In this document: positions 27,434 through 41,276 of the stretch, piece by piece
Layout: each line of letters begins with the position of its first letter
Numbering within the stretch: the first letter of the stretch is position 1
Source of the DNA: Octopus vulgaris
Taxonomy: Eukaryota
Length of the DNA stretch: 64,000 bases
Assembly: GCA_951406725.2 (NCBI GenBank)
Contig: OX597830.1
Location: 51,336,001-51,400,000, forward strand
Reading direction: 5' to 3'
The notes under the pieces: generated by a model
Seen by the model: the letters and a program-made list of their open reading frames with translations, nothing else
The model's database searches: none
What the model was told of the DNA's origin: nothing
Program-made: the position numbers and the translations under genes

Positions 27434-27915
27434 ATATGAATACGTGTGTATTCATATATGCATGCATGTATGTATGTATGTATGTATGTATGTATGTATG
27501 TATGTATGTACGTATGTATGTATGTATGCATGTACGTATGTATGTTTGTATGTATGTCATTATTCAGTTTTATTTCAAGATTTTTTGTCAATAGAGAAAG
27601 AGCCGGTTTCAAACCTAGTTCCAATACTCTTTCATTGGAATTTCAGCAACATCAGCACAGTATTTGTGTATGTATATATGCATGTATGTACGTGTGTTTA
27701 CGTTTTTTCGCTCGTTGATGGTGTACTTAATGTGTACTTTATATGTATGTATTTAAGTATGTACGCAAGTTGTAGAAGTAGTGAATGAAAGACAGGGTAG
27801 TCAAAATGCCCACTGTAGAGTATTAATTTAGTTTGATCAAGTGAAACCAACAGCGGCGACTATTCACATTTATGGTACGTGGAAGACACGTTCACTTAGC
27901 CACAACATTAGAACC

Positions 27916-27984
<69 letters not shown>

Positions 27985-28108
27985 AGTAATTAAGATAATG
28001 TCCATCATAGAATGACCAATGGTTTCCACATCCACAAAGGACTTAGCCTTGCGAACGTCTCGTCAGACTCTCTTTTATACTTTGACGATATATGTGTGTG
28101 CGCGTAGA

Positions 28109-28143
<35 letters not shown>

Positions 28144-28150
28144 ATGTATT

Positions 28151-28805
28151 GGGGAGAATTCACGAAAAAAACAAAAGACGAAGACAGGTGGTGTAGAAAA
28201 CAAACAGGTGTATTAGTATAATGCCCGGGAATTGAAAAAGTCATTAACGTTTCGAGCCTACGCTCTTCTACAGAAAGGGACACAGAAAAAACAAGGAGAG
28301 AAACAAGAAGAGAAAAAAATGTGTGTAGTGGCTACCGATCTATCATGGCGAATGCCGGACAGAAGGGCCACACAGAAGAGCTAAGAAGTAGGGGAGATAA
28401 CAAAGTAGTAGTGATCCCAAAACGAAGGTGCGTGTGTGTGTAAGAGAGTACATATGTGCGTGTGAAAGAGGGCTGGTGATCTTGACGTGTGCGTGTGTGT
28501 ATGTGTAGGTGTGAAAATGTAGGGATGGGAATTGGTCAGTGCTGCTGTGTGCGTGGTGGTGTGTTGTGATGTGATGTGTTGTGTGGTATGGTGTAGTGTG
28601 GTGTGGTGTACCGTCGCCATGATAGATCGTTAGTCACTACACACATTTTTTTCTTTCCTTGTTTTTTTTCTGTGTCCCTTTCTGTAGAAGAGCGTAGGCT
28701 CGAAACGTAAAAGACTTTTTCTATTCCTGAGCGTTATACTAATACATCTGTTTGTTTTGTACATCACCTGTCTTTGTCTTTTTTTTTTTTTTCGTTAACT
28801 CTCCC
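28151..28805. mobile_element. PLE-type truncated element with ~200-bp inverted arms and hammerhead-like variant in each arm
   Basis: Arms 28151-28351 and 28614-28805 are imperfect reverse complements. Each has ctgtagaaGAGCgtagGCTCGAAACGT. Flanked by TA-rich tracts. Confidence 0.75.
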
Positions 28806-29519
28806 TATACATATATATATATATATATATATATATCTGTATGTATGTATGTGCGTATGTATGTACATGAATGACTGAGGAACGAAAAGAAACTATAGCT
28901 GAAACGAAAATCATGGTGTTTATTTGTAGAGATACATCATTACACAATTTTTACTGCTTAAAGTATTATTTCTCTCGTGGCTGCGATTGATAAACGAGAA
29001 TACTTTTTTTAATCTAATATTTACACAGTGACACATAAAATTGACACATAAAAAGTTACTGATAAATTGAAGTCCGGACCAAGAAAGGTGATTTTGACTG
29101 TTTGAGTGGGTTATTCTGTTGTTTAATGACAGTTCAATGCCGACTGGTCGAGTGACAGGTGTGAATCGACTTAGTGAAATAATTCCCGTTAAAAGTGCGA
29201 TCCTCTAGATTAAATAAATATATTTATTGTCTGCAGCTGGCATAGTGGTGATACAGCTTCGACCTCAAGCTAGAGGGACAAAAGTTCGTGCTTTACCTGT
29301 GTTAAGGACCGTTATCTTGAAATGACTAACTACAAAACACCAATTTAATAGTGCAACTACAGGACTTGGTATTGTCTTTATTAGGTACTTTTACAAATAG
29401 CGGAGAATATGTTTAGCTTAAGGAAACAGCAACACAAACATATGTAAACTTTTCCCAGTTGGAAAATCTATGAACTTTCCATCATAATTCCTGCCTCTCT
29501 TTTTCTAAATATTACGTTC

Positions 29520-30240
29520 AATATTATTCTCATACAGCAAATTTCGCTAAGGTTGATTTTACCTTCCATCCTTTCGGGGACGATAAAATAAGTACCAGTT
29601 GAGCATTGGGGTCGATGTCATCGACTTAGGCCCTCCCCGGAAGTTACTGGCCTTGTACTAAAATTTGGAAACAGTATTATTCCCATACAGTTTTGTACGA
29701 AACCAAAACTGCACCTTGTTTTTGTTTTGTTTTGTTTTGTCTTACCGATTAACTTCAACAATCATTTACCACCATTTTTTACTATATATTTCCTATTAAA
29801 CACACACACACATACACACACACAACACACACGTGTGTGTGTGTGTATACAGAGAGAGAAAAACAGAGACAGAGACAAAAATATATTTTCCGTTAAAGAA
29901 TTGTTGATTTCTTCCCTAATATTTTAATCATTTTAAGGGGACGTTAGTACGCCGGGCAAAATGCTTAGAGGCATTTAGTCCGTCTTTATGTTCTGAGTTC
30001 AAACTCTGCCATGGTCCACTTTGCCTTTCGTCTTTTCAGGCCCATAAAATAAGTACCAGATGAGTACAGGTATCAATGTAATCGACTAGTCCCCTCTCTT
30101 GAATTTTCTGGCTTTGCGCCAGAATTTGAAAACAATATTATTCCCATACAGTCTTCTTCGAAACCAAAATTACACATTCTTTTTGATTTGTTATTTTTTT
30201 CCGAATCACAGCCATCAACCATTCACCGGCTCAACTTTCC
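29520..30240 (+). repeat. Old ~460-bp tandem duplication containing family-B SINE fragments
   Basis: tattcccatacag...cgaaaccaaaa.t.cac recurs at ~29678 and ~30139, each after a SINE 3' end. Confidence 0.6.
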
Positions 30241-30305
30241 CTATAGCATATTTTCTATTACATAAGTCCTTTTATACACACACGCATTCACATACACATA
30301 CATAC

Positions 30306-30384
<79 letters not shown>

Positions 30385-30422
30385 TGTATATACGTATATA
30401 TACTTATGTGTGTGTTTGTGTG

Positions 30423-30455
<33 letters not shown>

Positions 30456-30575
30456 ACAACTCTATGTATTTGTTTGCAAAATTTTTGATGTGAAATCCGG
30501 TGTTTAAAGAGTTATTCTTATATTTGGAGAGCGCCGTTTTTATCCAGTTAAACCTACGCACTAATTTGACTTTTA

Positions 30576-30642
<67 letters not shown>

Positions 30643-30644
30643 TC

Positions 30645-30692
<48 letters not shown>

Positions 30693-31019
30693 TTTATTAT
30701 CATCATCATCGTCATTATTATTATTGTTGTTGTTGTTATTTTCCGATTGATTTGCATTTTATTTCATCTTCCGGCCGGGTCACAACCAGAGACTTAAGCC
30801 ATATATATAATTAGATGGTGAGAAACTTCCTGTGAATGTGGGCAGTTGATGTCAATACCATTTTTTGATTCTTATAGATTATTGGCCGCACACACACACA
30901 CACACACAAACGAACAGACTCACACACATACACACACAAGCACATACATATACTAGTTTAACTAACGACAAAAACAATAACAGTAATAGGATTAAAGATA
31001 ATTGCAATTTCATACGACA

Positions 31020-31330
31020 TACGAAGAACTGCAACTGTAGAGTACCAGATAAATACCCCTCGACAGCCTATCGCTTGAGTTATAACGTTTTATATGAATG
31101 CACAGTAAATAACAGAAAATAGAATTTTATAAAAATTTAGGTGGGATCTTTTGTAGACTTTGTGAGACGAATTTTATCCCATCTTAGTTCACTTGCATTT
31201 GCAATGCGCAAATTTTCCACTTCGTTAGCTATTATATGTTCTATGTTAAAAATAATAACATCCTTTACAATATTCTCTAATCCAATATTAAAACGAGAAG
31301 GTCATATGAAGTTGGTCGATCTCCATGTGA
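31020..31330 (+). mobile_element. Penelope-like GIY-YIG endonuclease pseudogene fragment
   Basis: KNCNCRVPDKYP...LSYNVLYECTV then RILSHLSSLAFAMRKFSTSLA..LK, resembling PLE CNCR..CPL.G.CL..NVVY...V and R...H..SF......ST.LS......LK. Confidence 0.7.
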
Positions 31331-31446
31331 TCTCTATAGCAAAGATTTTTCGAGATTTTAAAGAGGATTTAACTATTTGCAAGCGTCAATTCTTTAAAAC
31401 GATTCTTTTTTTTCTTTCTTTTTATCATAACTTGATACCTTTTACT

Positions 31447-31496
<50 letters not shown>

Positions 31497-32406
31497 TAAC
31501 TTGTTCTGGTGGATGGATCATAACTTTATGACTTTATCCTTGGCATTTTCTATTATCAAACCTAACACGTTTTTGTCCTGTAAGGCCTAATTTCGTAATT
31601 ACCCAATATGTATTTATTTGATTACAAGTTTGTTAATTAATTACATGGTTACTTAGCCTGTTAGCATTTTAACCCTCACCCCCAGACGGCTCTTAGTAGT
31701 ATATACATCCCTTTTGTATTGTTCAGCTGAGATCGTCACGCTTTAGCACACAAGGATGACTGCCAACATGCCGTAGCTAGACACGTAAAAGCAAACGTAT
31801 ACGCAGCAGGGGATTGAATACTTCTTATTAATTATCATTCTCTTTATTGCCTTTATGTTCCTTTGATATTTATGCTCCTAACCCATCCACCCAGCTTTTA
31901 CCCTTTAACTGAGCGATGGTTATATTGCCTTTATATTGACTGAGCGATGGTTATATTGCCTTTATATTTTTACTCCTATTTCACTCATCCCCAATTTCTT
32001 TTCTTTACCTTGTTCTTATATATCCTTCCTTTAACACTCTCCCTCCGCTTTAAATCAATTTCGATCTTGCCCTTTTCCTCCAAGCCATCTATCCATTAAT
32101 TACTCTGTTACGCTACCTCTCACTATGATTTGGGGCAATGTGTGTGCGTGTTTACATATATATATATATATATATATACATGCATATTACTATGTTTTCG
32201 TTTCTCATAGCGTTCGACGTTTTTTTTGGTATCCTATACCCATATATGCATGTATATATACATATATGTATATATATATATACATATGTATATGCATATA
32301 TACATATATATTTATATCTATCAGAGTAAGCACATAAATCTGAAACAAGGTGGAAAAAATAGTTTTATAATATATATATATATATGTGTGTGTGTGTGTA
32401 TGTATT

Positions 32407-32458
<52 letters not shown>

Positions 32459-32899
32459 CATACAAATACACATATACATATGTGTTCTACATATGTGGAA
32501 ATATGTGGGTGCTTTTGTTTGTGGAGATGTTATCTAACTCCTCCTATATTGTTTTATCGATTTTGATGAAACTTGACACGAGAGTAGAATTCATGTCTGG
32601 AAAACTAGTGACATACTTAGATTGTTGAAAAAACTTATAATAGGGTCCCTGGAAGGGATTCTTATATCTACTACATATAACATAATATGTTATTTTTAAA
32701 CATCCAAAGGTAATAACCTATTCGCTCCTGAAAGGGATCCCTATATATAGCCAAGGGAAATAACGCATTCATGTTCGTAATTTCTTTGATTATGCTTATA
32801 TTTTAGTATTTGAAATATATTAGTTATTTTCACAATTTATCCAGTACAACGCTTAAACAACTAAATAGTAATTAACTAAACAGCTTAACTAGATCCTTT

Positions 32900-33220
32900 T
32901 GGCCGAATATATCGACCTCAGTACTTCTTTTTTTTAAAGCCTGGTACTTGTTCTATCGGGTCTTTTGCCGAACTGCTAAGGAATGGGGACATAAACACTC
33001 CAGCACCGGCTGTCAAGCGGTGTTGGGTGGGGTCAAACATTGACACGAAAACACACACATACACACACGCACACACACATTCACAAATAAACATATATAT
33101 ATATACGACGGGTTTCTGTCAGTTTCCGTCTCCCAAATCCACTCACAAGACTTTGGTTGGCCTTAGGTTATAGTCTAATACGCAGGGAAACTGAACCTCG
33201 AACCCATGTGGTTGGGGAAG
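32900..33220 (-). mobile_element. Family-A SINE, degraded
   Basis: cctggtacttgttctatcgg..ttttgccgaactgctaag..cagtttccgtctcccaaatccactcacaag. Confidence 0.8.
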
Positions 33221-33360
33221 ATGGGGAATTGTTCATATGATTTCAACTTGTGTTATTTCGCATACATTCACCCACACAAATTTACTTCCTGTTGTTTATA
33301 TACACACTATGCACGTTGCTACACACGATAAATGTCAAGAACGACTGTAAAAGATCTGTT

Positions 33361-33550
33361 TCTTTATTGCCCACAAGGGGCTAAACATAGAGGGGACAAA
33401 CAAGGACAGACAAACGGATTAAGTCGATTACATCGACCCCAGTGCGTAACTGGTACTTAATTTATCGACCCCGAAAGGATGAAAGGTAAAGTTGACCTCG
33501 GCGGAATTTGAACTCAGAAGATGACGACAGACGAAATACGGCTACGTATT
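33361..33550 (-). mobile_element. Family-B SINE, 5'-truncated
   Basis: Reverse complement of the 3198-3426 consensus. Confidence 0.9.
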
Positions 33551-33625
<75 letters not shown>

Positions 33626-33757
33626 TAGAGAGAGGGAGAGACAAAGAGAAGAGACAGACAGACAAATAGCCAGACATATGGACAGACAAATGAACTGGCA
33701 AACAGACAGAGATAGACTGAGAGACAGACAGACAAATATATATATATATATATATAT

Positions 33758-33839
<82 letters not shown>

Positions 33840-33844
33840 GGATG

Positions 33845-33903
<59 letters not shown>

Positions 33904-33930
33904 ATGGATAGATAGATACATGGATAGGAG
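33551..33930. repeat. Compound (GATA)n/(GA)n/(GACA)n/(TA)n microsatellite
   Basis: Direct reading. Confidence 0.95.
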
Positions 33931-34082
33931 AGACAGTGATAGATGTTAGGTTAAATCACTCTTTATCACTTTATCAGTAAACCTTTGTTTTCATTAGTAT
34001 AGCAGTTAATTTGCATATTGTATTAATTTGTCTCTATTCATCAATAATATGCTTGAAAACATATCAGGGTACGTAGTATCCA

Positions 34083-34120
<38 letters not shown>

Positions 34121-34171
34121 TGGACAATCTCCACTTTGCACACTTACTCACTCGCCCTCTCGCTTCTAACT

Positions 34172-34202
<31 letters not shown>

Positions 34203-34227
34203 TTCTGAAAGTATATATGCATGCACG

Positions 34228-34272
<45 letters not shown>

Positions 34273-34634
34273 ATACAGAGAGGTAGCGACACACACACGT
34301 GTATGCGTGGGGTAAGTATATGTTATGTGTGTTTGTAAGCGTGTCTATATACACACACACAGGCCGACACGCACATACACACACAGACATACATTCATAC
34401 ATATTTCCTTGGTAGATTTTCTTTTTCCGCTCCCTCTCTCACTCCTTCTTTCTCTTAATTGCTCACTCTAACTGTGACTTTGGTAGTGCAAATTTACACG
34501 TACACATAAACACTCGCACACACATGCAATCAGTAATAGGCCAATGTACACACGGACGTATTCATAGACACATACACTCAGATACACAAATGCACACGCA
34601 CACTGACACACACTTAGAACAATTCGGTCACAAG

Positions 34635-34730
<96 letters not shown>

Positions 34731-34800
34731 GTGGGTGGTCTTCGCGCCTGTGCTTGTTTCCCGCCACCACATGGCTGCACCCTAATGACTGAAATAAATA

Positions 34801-34841
<41 letters not shown>

Positions 34842-35291
34842 TATCAGCGTTCATTATTTTCCTCTCGCTCTGGTCTAAAGCCCCTCCATGTTTGTTTTCG
34901 TTCGCTTAACCTTGTACGTTTCCACTGTCCTGTTTTTGTTCCCAACTTTGACCCTCCATAAATTCAAAATAAACTTCTGGAAGTTATGGGAGCAACTGTC
35001 TTCGAAGACTCATGTTATCGGCGAATTCTCGAAATGAGAAGTAGATGACAGCTGGCAACTGATGAAGGGTCGTTCTCTGTGTTACTTGTCCTGTTTTCCA
35101 TTTTTTCTCTCGTTGTTTGTGCAATTAACTCGTTTGTTTTCGTACTACACGTTGTGTACACAGTTGGTGACGCCCTGCACCCATATATGCATATATGCAT
35201 ATATATATATTATTCATATTAATACTTAATTGAACGCCAAGCATCCGTTTCCAAGTAAGATTATATATATATATATATGTGTGTGTGTGTA

Positions 35292-35322
<31 letters not shown>

Positions 35323-35417
35323 AGATTGATATATATATATTGATACAAATGGTTCGAAACTCGGAGTTTTATCATGACTACCGAATAATTGTCACATATT
35401 ACATTTACATACACACA

Positions 35418-35479
<62 letters not shown>

Positions 35480-35565
35480 GAATTTAACCATGGAGTCAGT
35501 ATGCTATAAAACTTTATAGGTAATTTATACATTAAATTAATAATTATATATATATGTATGTAATA

Positions 35566-35584
<19 letters not shown>

Positions 35585-35638
<54 letters not shown>

Positions 35639-36700
35639 GTATGTATGTATATAGTCACATGCACACTGTCAAACCACATATATACAAATACACCATCATA
35701 CACATGTACATATATATGCACACTATCATACACACTCATAGTGTCACACAGATACATGGAAATGTATAGTACCAAAGATATGCATGCACACACACAAGCA
35801 GTCACGCATGCACACACACATAAAATGCGTCTTATTCATAGTCACAGACAAAAACTGTCTCGCAAGCACTCCATCGCGGGTACACACATACACACACACA
35901 CAGAGGTACACACACATGCACATACACATGTAATAGTCACGTTGTCATACAGACAATGCGCGCTTCCAAGCGCACATAATTACGCACACACACACACACA
36001 TATACAGACATATACACTCATCACACAAAAATACATACACGCATGCACAAATCCACAAACACAGAAATGCACACATTGACTCACACACACACACACACAC
36101 ACAATTTCTCTTTCTCTCACACACGCACAACCACCAACATATACATCACACACACACACACGCGCACACATACTTGTACAACTACGCGCAGCCACAAACA
36201 GGCATACACGAACGCGCCGCACGCGCACGCACATACACACACACACACACACACATGACCACAGATACATACCAAACGCAGACACCCAAGACGTACACAT
36301 GCGCACACATGTACATATCCAAACAAACACACACACACACACACACGCACTCACATTCATACATACATACTTTCTTATTCTCGCTGTCACTCGTGCGCGA
36401 GCGCAGACACACACACACTCACACACACACACAGGCTCTCACACACACATACACATATACATACACGCACAAACACATACATACCTATACATGCACACAC
36501 GCCCATATACACACATACACACACACATATACAAAGACACAAACACACACACATTAACACAAAGACATACATAGCTACACACATGCATACACAGACATAC
36601 ACATACGCACGTAGGCACACACATTCACACACACATTCACTCAAACACACACACACACACAAACACATACAAACGCACACGCCGCTAAATCTCACACACT
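35585..36700. repeat. ~1.1-kb degenerate (CA)n cryptic microsatellite
   Basis: Direct reading; source of many spurious HT/CV ORFs. Confidence 0.9.
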
Positions 36701-37139
36701 TCACCTTATCAATTGTTCTAATTTCGCTAGTTATAAGAACCCTCGCTCGTCACGTGCTGGGTGTGTCTACGGCACCTGTTGAGCTGGGGTTGGGGTGATT
36801 AGACTTCATGTGTTTATTCATCCTTCTCTTCACAAAGCAGATATACGATACCAGTTATTAACCTACATCCGGGCAACGCTACAAAGATTGAGTGAATTCA
36901 CGTCCTGCTAGAGATAGCAGTCAAATCACTTACTGTCATAAATAAGAAGACACACTGAATAACGAAGACCCAGTATATTTCTCATGTCAGTCACAAACGA
37001 AACGCCACTGATCACCAACATTGAGAAATAATAAATATATAAACATATAGACATACATACCTAGATGCAGCCTGTGTCTGTGTGCATATCCATATACGTA
37101 TAGATACAAACACACACGTATATTAATTAATATATATTT

Positions 37140-37610
37140 ATATTAATAGTTATCGCTAAGCTAATATGGCAGTCCAGAAATATAGGACAAATGCTGCCGT
37201 TGATTAGCTCCAAGAGACCATCGCCTCTAGCTAGCTATGTGACACACGAACCTGTGTGCATTATAACCTTCGAACAGGGGAGGTCAGCAGCTAACTCTTG
37301 CTGGTCAGGAACCTACAGACTACTTTCAGGATATTTGCCCCTTATCAATGCAGAGCAGCCGAACCCAGCAGGCGTCGCTACTAACCGTCTGTTCGAAGGA
37401 TTTGATAAGGGGCAAATACTCTGAAACTAGTCTGCAGATGCCTGACCAGCAAGGGGAAGCGACTGACCTCCCCTATTCGATTGTGAAAATGGGCACAGTT
37501 TCGTGTGTCACATAGCTAGCTAGAGGCGATGGTCTCTTGGAGCTAATCAACGGCAGCATTTGTCCTATATTTCTGGACTGCCATATTAGCTTAGCGATAA
37601 CTATTAATAT
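37140..37610. mobile_element. 471-bp foldback element with hammerhead variant in both arms
   Basis: 37140-37250 and 37500-37610 are apparently perfect reverse complements (111 bp); the inner ~100 bp pair imperfectly. Motif TTGATAA GGGG caaata CTCT GAAAC TA GTC tgcag at 37402-37437. Confidence 0.85.
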
Positions 37611-37650
37611 CCAGTACCGCTGCCGTGGACTCCTTTAGAGAGACTTAGAA

Positions 37651-37740
<90 letters not shown>

Positions 37741-37784
37741 ATATATATACGCACATATATACATACACACATACATACATACAC

Positions 37785-37912
37785 GGTTTGGCTATATGGT
37801 ACATGGTTCTGGGTTCAGTCCCACTGCGTAGTACAGAGGGCAAGCACCTTCTATAGATTTGGGCTGAACAGAGCCTTGTGAGTGGATTTGGGAGACTGAA
37901 AGAAGCCTGTCA
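37785..37912 (+). mobile_element. Family-A SINE fragment
   Basis: catggttctgggttcagtcccactgcg..gccttgtgagtggatttgg..ctgaaagaagcctgtc. Confidence 0.8.
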
Positions 37913-37999
37913 TATATATATAATTTTAACTACCAGTAGCCTAGCGTATAGAAAAATTAGTCAATCGACTATATAAAATACTGTGTATATTTAAACACA

Positions 38000-38300
38000 T
38001 TAAGAGGTATTCATCATAGGACTCCCTTACGCTAGAAGGAACAGCTAAAGTTCAAACTACTAATTAGGGATAAAAAGTCTCGAAGGGAATGAAAAATAAA
38101 AACATTTATCATCTATCTCTTGGACCATGGTTTCAAACTTTTTTTAGCAAATAAAATAATTTACCAGGCGAAGTCTTCATCAACAGGTACGCCAAGGTTA
38201 AACATATAAGTATGAGGCGAATCCAGCATGTGCCTCTTGTTTATACATTCTAATTATTTTTCAAATCCACCGCGCAAGCGCAGTTTTTTGTCGGCAGCAC
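38000..38300 (-). mobile_element. Diverged homolog of the 10580-10950 PLE-type repeat with degenerate hammerhead (38120-38186)
   Basis: Collinear blocks ctagaa..cagctaaa..actaat and gccaagg..catat..gaggcga..agcatg..aaatccaccgc. Minus strand reads TTGATGA..GAAAC CATG GTC. Confidence 0.65.
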
Positions 38301-38844
38301 TCTTTTACTCTTTTACCACTACTTTCTCTTACTCGTTCTTCCTGTTTCTCTTGTACTTGTATTTCAAAGGGCCAGCCTTGTCACACTGTGTCACGCTGAG
38401 TCTCCCTGAGAACTATGTTAAGGGTACATGTGTCTGTTGCGTGCTTAGCCAATTGCACGTTAATTTTACAAGCTACAAGCAGTCTGTGCCGTTGATCGGA
38501 TCAACTGGAACCCACGTCATCGTTGTCGTCGTCGTGTATGTGTGTGTGTATGTGTGTGTGTGCGTGTGTATCTGTGTGTGTGTGTGTGTGTGTGTGCGTG
38601 TGTATCTGTGTGTGTGTGTGTGTGTGTGTATGTGTGTGCTCGCGCGCGTTTGTATATGCGTTTCTCTCCCACCGCCGCTTGACAATTGTTGTTGACAATT
38701 GTGTGCTGACGTTCCTGTAACTTTGCGGTTCGGCAAAAGAGGACGGCAGAATAAATATCAGGCTTTACAAAAAATAATAAATCCTGGAGTATGATCACCA
38801 GCATTAAGAAATGCATACACACATAATTATATACTTGCATCCTT

Positions 38845-38958
38845 GCATACATACATACATACATACATACATACATACATACATACATACATACATACAT
38901 ACATGCATGCATGCATGCATACATACATACATACATACATACATACATACATACTACA

Positions 38959-38992
<34 letters not shown>

Positions 38993-39225
38993 CATATATA
39001 CATACATACATAATACATAATACATACATACATGCATACATACATACATGCATACATCCATCCATACATACATACATACATAATACATAATACATACATG
39101 CATGCATACATACATACATACATATATACATGCATGCATCCATACATACACGCATACATGCATACATACATGCATACATGCATACATGCATACATACATA
39201 CATGCATGCATACATACATAAATAC
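38845..39225. repeat. (CATA)n/(CATG)n tetranucleotide array
   Basis: Direct reading. Confidence 0.95.
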
Positions 39226-39384
39226 ATACGATATATACACATACTTTCATAAATACATTTATTCATAAATAAGTACAAACATATATACCAAATATAAAAT
39301 GCCATCCGAAAAAAATATATTGCCCTGGAAGGGAGAAACACCCTTGTAATTGAATACATATATAAGCATCAGCAGAAAGCCAGC

Positions 39385-39550
39385 AGATTCGGGGAAGGGG
39401 AAAGTCGATTAAATGAACACTAGTAATCAACCTGTACTTATCTTATCCACACCGAAGGATGAAAAGTAAAGTCGACCCCGGCAGAATTTTTACTGAGAAC
39501 GTAATAGCAGACGAAATGTCGTTAATCATATCGCCCGGCGTGCTAAAGTT
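39385..39550 (-). mobile_element. Family-B SINE, degraded
   Basis: gtacttatcttatccacaccgaaggatgaaaagtaaagtcgacccc..cgcccggcgtgctaa. Confidence 0.75.
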
Positions 39551-40127
39551 CCCTCAGCACAAGTAATATTGGTGGAAAATTCCCATTAAAACTTCTACCA
39601 AGGGAAACGAAATAGGCCGATAAAGTTCTTCGGGTCATACAAGAAAATGTATACACACCGTCATAAAGGTCACCTGCCTTGCTATCTCTTCGAAAATCGA
39701 AGAGAATGAGGAGAGCTACGTTTAACTGCTTTAAAACCTCCAGTTTCTGTACAGAGTTCAGAAATTCAAATTCATATCAACAACAATTGGTGAACTTGCT
39801 TTTGTGAGGAAATGCCCAAGTGACAATCCGCTTAAGCCGGGGGTTTTCGGAAAAACCAACCAACCAGCTAACACACGCATCACAATACAACGTGTATGCC
39901 GAAAAGTAAAAATATGCAAAATATTTCTCAAGTTGAAATGTTTTTGTTATCTACATTCCAACGATGAAGCTTTGTACTTTTGTTAGAAACCAGCTCCTTC
40001 CTTACCTGCAAACTTCAAAGAATTAAAAATAGAAAGGAACATACGAGTACATACAAAAATAAATTCATATACACGTACACACGCATGCACAAATACACGC
40101 GCATATATAGATACATACCACTATCAC

Positions 40128-40138
40128 TATTATTATTA

Positions 40139-40216
<78 letters not shown>

Positions 40217-40475
40217 TATTTTGACTTTTGCTTTCTATTTGTACAAGTTGGCTCCAAGTCTCACCCAGAGACCTCAAGAGACAACAGGTTAGAAGTTCAT
40301 GCTGGTGTTATGCCAAGGATGTCATATATTTGGTCTTGCACAAAGTATTGTTCTAGAGAATGTTTAAGAAAACAAAAAAAATTATGAGTTTATTTTAAAT
40401 TTTGAAATTACATAGACAGTATTTTACGTAGGATATGGGCAGTTCCCATGATGACTATCTTTTGAATTTCTGACA
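40128..40475 (-). mobile_element. R4/Dong-like LINE 3' end abutting (TAC)n(TAA)n
   Basis: Minus strand encodes MSEIQKIVIMGTAHILRKILSM*, followed by a ~190-nt 3' UTR and TAC/TAA repeats. Dong-clade elements are known to target TAA microsatellites. Confidence 0.75.
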
Positions 40476-40479
40476 TTAT

Positions 40480-40696
40480 CATTCCTCCCGTTGGCTTTTA
40501 TGGGGTTTTTTCCACCAGGAAACCTTTCGTAACGCCTCCCCCTATTGGGACTTTTTCGTTGTTATAATTTTTGATTGTTACATTGTTTTTTACATGTTTT
40601 TTTTTACAAACGGACAAAACCCTTTGTAACCTTTCGTCCTGTTTTGTCACTTTATGTTATAATTAATCTTTGTCAGCCCCTGTGGCCAATAAAAGA

Positions 40697-40772
<76 letters not shown>

Positions 40773-40775
40773 ATT
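40480..40775 (+). mobile_element. Non-LTR retroelement 3' end with AATAAA and (ATT)n
   Basis: T-rich UTR-like tract ending gcccctgtggccaataaaaga then (ATT)n; family not identified. Confidence 0.45.
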
Positions 40776-41276
40776 ATGAAATGTGAAAACGTGTATCCGT
40801 TAAATTAGTGGGATCAAATGTGCATTTACTAAAACATATGAGCAATACAGGGGGAAATTCTATGATGGGAATTATAAGTACAAATTTTTTATCAACGGAT
40901 AAGATAATTAATCATCTAATCTTTTATTTAGACCATCTAATTATTTAGTTATTTAATTTTAATAATTTAATATCAGTGTTTTATTTGAGTGGGGGTACCA
41001 GCTAATAGTAGAATGTTTATGTTTCGCCATTTTTTTCGTAATATTATTTTGATAGTTGAAGGGGGATAAATCTTTGATACACTTTTACAAATTGAATAAG
41101 ATACTTAAAAGCATCAGATAGTAAACTAATCAGCTAATTAGCTAATCAATCAATCAATTAATAAATTAAATAATTAGTTAATGAATTGGTTGTGTATTGG
41201 GGTTGTGTATTAATGCTTTCATACCTATATATATATATATATATATATATTTAAAAAAGGAAATGTGGAACACGAA

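Noticed and set aside
31908-31968. Exact 30-31 bp direct repeat, two copies
   Set aside because: Simple local slippage duplication with no spacer or further copies.
32500-32870. Possible Helentron/DINE-like element (atcgattttgatgaaacttg)
   Set aside because: Termini could not be defined by eye.
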